In this document: in pieces, positions 58,425 through 64,000 of the stretch
Layout of the letters: each line of letters begins with the position of its first letter
Position numbering within the stretch: the stretch's first letter is position 1
NCBI RefSeq assembly: GCF_009914755.1
Contig: NC_060934.1
Length of the DNA: 64,000 nucleotides
Direction: 5' to 3' (one strand)
DNA from: the human T2T-CHM13v2.0 reference genome, Homo sapiens
Translations under genes and position numbers: made by a program
Notes under the pieces: generated by a model
Seen by the model: the letters and a program-made list of their open reading frames with translations, nothing else
Told to the model about the DNA's origin: nothing
The model's database searches: none

Positions 58425-59647
58425 CAACAAAGTTTTATGGAAGGGCTACATAATACAGTCATTATCTTTCTGGGCAAATCATATCCATAGAGACTCATAT
58501 GTTTAACATTCTTTTATCATAAGTCAGAGGATAAGGGTCCTACTTTCAATTTAAAAGTATTGGATGTGACTGTAGCCACAAGGGCTGACCACTATAAAGA
58601 ATTTAATATTCCTATTTCATTAAAAAGGATAAAACAACATTTGGAAGCAAAGCTTGTCAGGAAAGATGTTTTTTAACCTTACCCTGACCCCCCCTAATAA
58701 TTGAGTACACTAGATGCCCACATCCCCATTTGTATTTTATTCATTACTTCTAGTCTCTTCTTCGTGGCTCCTTTCACCATCAATGGGAGGTAGGCCTGGG
58801 CTTGGCAGATGAATGAGGGAACTGATCTTACTCTTCTCTAACTAAATAATAAACAGCATCCCTTCAGAACATATCAAGTCCTTTACTCCTTAGCCTCTAT
58901 TGCTTATTAAATATTTGTAAAAAGTGCAATAGTTGAATTACCAAGATCTAGCCTTTCTCTCCTTTTTTGAGTTTTTTTAACCAAAAGATTCTAAAACTAC
59001 TAACTAGTCTGAAAGACGAGTCCAAAGACAGGGAAAGAAAACAAACAACAGAAGTAAAATCAAAAACAACAAAATTTCTGAAGCATAAAACACCAATCTC
59101 TTTTATGCAAAAAAAATCTGTGAGCTAACCATATTGTAAATTCTAGTGAACTCTTCTAAATGTATCCTGATTCCAAGTAAATATGCTTCCAAATTCAGAC
59201 AAGACTCCAAAAATGGCAGACACAGCCCACTGGACAACTTCATCTAATCAGGCAATAGGCTTAAACAGTCACAGCTGTCCACTCCCAAAGTGGGCTTGTA
59301 AGGTCAGGTAATTCACAGGTCTTTTGTTGATAAATGGGAAAAGAGTCACAGGAAGCTCAAGGCATCAATCAGTCTACATTCACTGCAAGCCCTAGTCAGC
59401 CTTCTCTCTAATGGAAATGCGCTCCTCTCTCACATTTGTGGTTTTCTACCTTGCTTCCTAGCAACTAACCATGGGCAGAGGTTTTCGCACTAGTCCATGA
59501 AGTAAAACGGGGAAGCAGAATCCTACTGTCTCTTCCATCAGCTCAATGAGCTCATTCTGCAAAGGGAGGGAAACCAGGACAACACTCATTCACTCACCTT
59601 TTCTGTTGCTGAGAACTGGACTCTGCCCCAGGGAGAAAATATAATAG

Positions 59648-60010
<363 letters not shown>

Positions 60011-60281
60011 GAACTAGTCCTAAACTTTTTGAGCTGGGTGTCAGTCACCTACATTTATTAAAAGAAACCTCCAGGAATAATAATAAAATAAAAATTAAAA
60101 AATAAAAAAAACCCCTAACTCCTTTTTTTGACTTTCACATGCACTATTAAATTCCTTTGACTCCAATTTACTTTCTCAGTTGCATTCTGACTTGATAACT
60201 CTTAAAACATCTTTGGGTTTCCTGAGAAGTCACAGGCAGATGATAGGGGAACTCCTAAAGGAATTCTCAGAGGTGTCTGGG

Positions 60282-60732
60282 TTTTTTTTGTGTGTTTGTT
60301 TTGTTTTGTTTTGTTTTGTTTTTGAGACAGTCTCACTCTATCACCCAAGCTGGAGTGCAGTGATGCGATCTCGCTCACTGATCTCGGCTCACTGCAACCT
60401 CTGCCTCCTGGGTTCAAGTGATTCTCCTGCCTTAGCCTCCCGAGTAGCTGGGATTACAGTTGCCCACTGCCACATCCGGCTAATTTTTTTTGACACCTAG
60501 GTTTGCTTTGTAGCCCAGGCTGGAGTGCATGATCTCAGCTGACTGCAACCTCTGCCTCCTGGGTTCAAGCAATTCTTGTGCCTCAGCCTCCCTAGTAGAC
60601 GGGATTACAGGCATGTGCCACCATGCCTGGCTACTTTTTTTATATTTTTAGTAGGGATGGGTTTTCACCATGTTGATCAGGCTGATCTCAAATTCCTGGC
60701 CTCATGTGATCCACCCCCCTCGGCCTCCGAAA
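60282..60732 (-). mobile_element. Composite antisense Alu (extra right arm plus truncated dimer)
   Basis: Two successive right arms, then a truncated left arm. Confidence 0.85.
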
Positions 60733-60916
60733 TCAGCCCTCAGAGGTTAAAGGAAGGTAATTTGCAACAACAATTTTTCCCAGAAAGTCTAGAAATTTAC
60801 TAACCAGTACACAGATAAGCAAGGGTTAACTGCTTATATGTTTGAGTTCATGTGAGTATATGTGTTTGAAAAGACCTTGAGTGATCAAATCCAGGCCTAT
60901 TATCCTTTCTCATGTT

Positions 60917-60922
60917 TTTATT
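60917..60922 (-). terminator. Candidate polyadenylation signal AATAAA of the minus-strand gene
   Basis: tttatt on +, about 800 nt downstream of the putative stop at the end of a repeat-free AT-rich tract. Confidence 0.45.
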
Positions 60923-61712
60923 AAAAAAAAGATACTTCTTAAATATATTATATAGGCTATTCAGATATTTTATCTTTTTACCACATGTATTTGGAGATTT
61001 CATGCATTTGTCTCTATCCTGAAAAGTATAATCACATTGTGAGTCACGAAAACAGAAATTATATAAAGACACTATAATGTTGATTTGGTCAGCTTGTTTG
61101 GAGGAAATTGTGTACCTTTCTTTTTAAATTATGGAAAGATAAACTTAGAATTGGAAATACCAGTGGAGTTTAGAAATATTCTGTTTGCAAATATGAACAT
61201 AAGAGGTTATTTAGGTTACACTAGTTCAACCACTACATTTTTGGCAAATAAAAATTTTAAAATTGCTCATTATATACCACTTAAACATTAATGCAATAGA
61301 TTTTACATTCGCTTTTTAAAAATCGCATATAAAATTGAACTTAAGAGTCATAATTACTTCACAGTGCAGCCCACCGCCTTATGGAGGTATTTTAAAATCA
61401 CTAACTATAATAGATAAAAGTTATAATATTTGACCAGACAAATCCAATCTGCATTTGTGGAACATTCAGACATGTGATGGGGCGGAGTTGGCGGGGGGAG
61501 CCCTGCAGGGCATAAAGTACATTTTTCACCCTGTGATATTCTCTTTTGGAAATTGCAAAATTCATCGGTTTCACAAAGGCCACAGTCTAGGCAGCTTGCT
61601 CCATCATGAATCACTTTCACATCACCTTCAGCTTTCTGCACAGAGTATGACTTCTACAGATGACTTTCCGATCTGGTTTTGTGGTCCATAAAGAGGAGTT
61701 GCAAAATCACAT

Positions 61713-61730
61713 TCAATGTCCTCCTGCAAG
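61713..61730 (-). CDS. Putative terminal coding segment (LAGGH*) at the start of a last exon; 3'UTR to about 60900
   Basis: Acceptor tgtctttctgtag|CTTGCAGGAGGACATTGA, compatible with the phase-0 upstream donor; an intervening exon or another frame cannot be excluded. Confidence 0.4.
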   Translation of the reverse strand, partial: LAGGH

Positions 61731-62027
61731 CTACAGAAAGACATATCCTGCTTCACAGTATCAAAGAGCATACTATACTGGATTTTCTTTCAATTCATTT
61801 GCTCATATATTTTCTTTTGCTGGTCTAGAATAGCTTGTTGCTAGCTAATCAATATTTGCTATATTTCTGTGAGTTTTTGCTGTAAATCAGCAATAACTAT
61901 GTGCTGACTCTTTTGTATCTCAACCAGTTTTTTTATCCCTTTGCAAGTTCCAGATATAGGACTAGTGCACCCCAGATGGGTCTTCATCTTCTCCTATAAC
62001 ATCATAGGAACAACAAAGATGTCTCTG

Positions 62028-62336
62028 GGCCGGGTATGGTGGCTCACATCTGTACTCCCAACACTTTAGGAGGCTGAGGCAGGCAGATCCCTTGAGCCCA
62101 GGAGTTTGAGACCAGCCTGGGAAACATGGTGAAACTTCACTTCTACAAAAAATACAAAAAGTAGCCCGGCGTGGTGGCATGTGCCATGTAGTCCAGATAC
62201 TCAGGAGGCTGAGGTGGGAGGATTGCTTGAGACCAGGAGGTCGAGGCAGTGAGCCCTGTTCGCGCCACTGCACTCCAGCCTGAAGGGCAGAGAGAGACCC
62301 TGTTTCCAAAAACAAACAAACCAAAAAAAAAAAAAA
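62028..62336 (+). mobile_element. AluJ
   Basis: Dimer; TSD aaagatgt. Confidence 0.9.
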
Positions 62337-62471
62337 GATGTTTCCAGTATAACAATTCTTCATCTTCCATTCCAGCTTCAGCACTGTAAAACGCTATATG
62401 TTAAATTTAAAATGACCATGTTAACAACATAACGTCCTATTTCAGAAACTTTAAGCTTACAGAAATCTTAA

Positions 62472-62843
<372 letters not shown>

Positions 62844-63156
62844 TTAATTTCATGTACAACAATCTTAGACTACTTATGGCTTTAGAGCATCAAAATTTAA
62901 TAGATGCTTCTTAAAATCAAAGGTAATAGACTTTTTGATACAAAAACTGTCTGGTTGTGCTTTTTTTTTTTTTAAATTCCACACAAAACCATAGTCAAAG
63001 CACAATGCCATTTAGCCTGTGAGTCCCCAAAGCTATGCACAGAATTGAATTATTATGCAGAAAATGTCAACTTTGTAGTTAACCACAGCCTTTAGGGGAG
63101 AAAGACAGTAGGATCATAGCTTTTGTATGTGTTTATTTGTGTGCCCATGAGTGGTT

Positions 63157-63180
63157 GTGTGTGTGTGTGTGTGTGTATGT
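63157..63180. repeat. (GT)n microsatellite
   Basis: Direct reading. Confidence 0.9.
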
Positions 63181-63718
63181 TTCACTGAAGCACTCCTCCA
63201 GAGAGTGACCCATCTGATAAGACATCCTCTGTTCATTTGTTATTCATAAATAAATGGCTTGTTTCTGGAATTTTTTTAAAGCACACAGCTAGTGGATGCT
63301 AAAAACAACCTAGAAAGGAGTTAGGAAGTTAAACTAAAAAGATGAATTTAATGTAATAACCATAGCATACTACCATTCTCTCTTTTTTCTACCCACAACA
63401 TTTATTTGTGCAACTATATGGCTGGCCATTTGACTGCTAATGTTTCAGACCAGTATGGCCAAAATACATCACTCTATTTCAGAAAAGAGAGAGATTGTGC
63501 CTAATACTTACAGATGTAAAGTAACCAGTAACTATGCTTATGAACCAATTCTACAGAAATATCAGGAAACAACTAACTGGGCCTAACAACAGAACTAATG
63601 TACAGAGATTTAATAGGCCTTTTACGGGAAGGAGAAACGGCAATATGAGAACTTACTATGTATCCTAATAAAAGTCTCATTATCTCACCCACAGATTTAT
63701 TTTCAATGAAAAGCCTAC

Positions 63719-63836
63719 CTGAGGAGTTCTGTACATAAGTTTTCTATAAAACATTTTATGAAACCACTTAGCCAGCCCAGAGACTCTCAATAAATTATAT
63801 AATAACATCTGGGGTAACAAATCTCTATCCTCAAAG
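63719..63836 (-). CDS. Putative internal coding exon of an unidentified gene (xFEDRDLLPQMLLYNLLRVSGLAKWFHKMFYRKLMYRTPQ)
   Basis: 118 nt bounded by ...atggcag| and CAG|GTAGGC; only one frame is open; protein-like amphipathic peptide in non-repeat DNA. Confidence 0.55.
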
Positions 63837-64000
63837 CTGCCATTTGATAGCATAGAAAGCACGCACTTAAATAGTAGAAGACAATAAAAAATGCCAGAGC
63901 TCCTATCAGAAATACTTTGAAGTTTCTCTGATGAAGATTTCTTTAAAGGTTTTCTTTTCACACTAAGGAGATGGTTATATTTTGCTAAAACTCAATGACT

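Noticed and set aside
61405-61641. Cys-rich ORF with CxxC motifs resembling a zinc finger
   Set aside because: No true ATG start or clear splice frame; lies in the probable 3'UTR

Overview
Primate (very likely human) AT-rich, repeat-dense genomic DNA. It contains many Alu/FLAM SINEs, L1PA/PB and L1M fragments, L2 and DNA-transposon relics, and a varied set of LTRs: MER57, a MER4-group LTR with internal leader, LTR9, two MER11, LTR7/HERV-H, LTR5/HERV-K, and MLT2A nested in MST nested in MLT1A. Nearly all ORFs in the supplied track are repeat-derived or chance. The only credible protein-coding signal is the 3' end of a minus-strand gene at the right edge. It comprises a 118-nt open exon (63719-63836), a putative last exon ending ...RTPQ|LAGGH*, and AATAAA at 60917-60922; I cannot name the gene. 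I found no convincing novel system. The best leads are a possible LTR-bounded minus-strand transcript (MLT2A promoter and splice donor, unique exons, LTR5 polyA), two direct-repeat MER11 solo LTRs 18 kb apart, an inverted-Alu deletion junction and several template-switch scars. Repeat family names come from recalled consensus sequences, not from a search.
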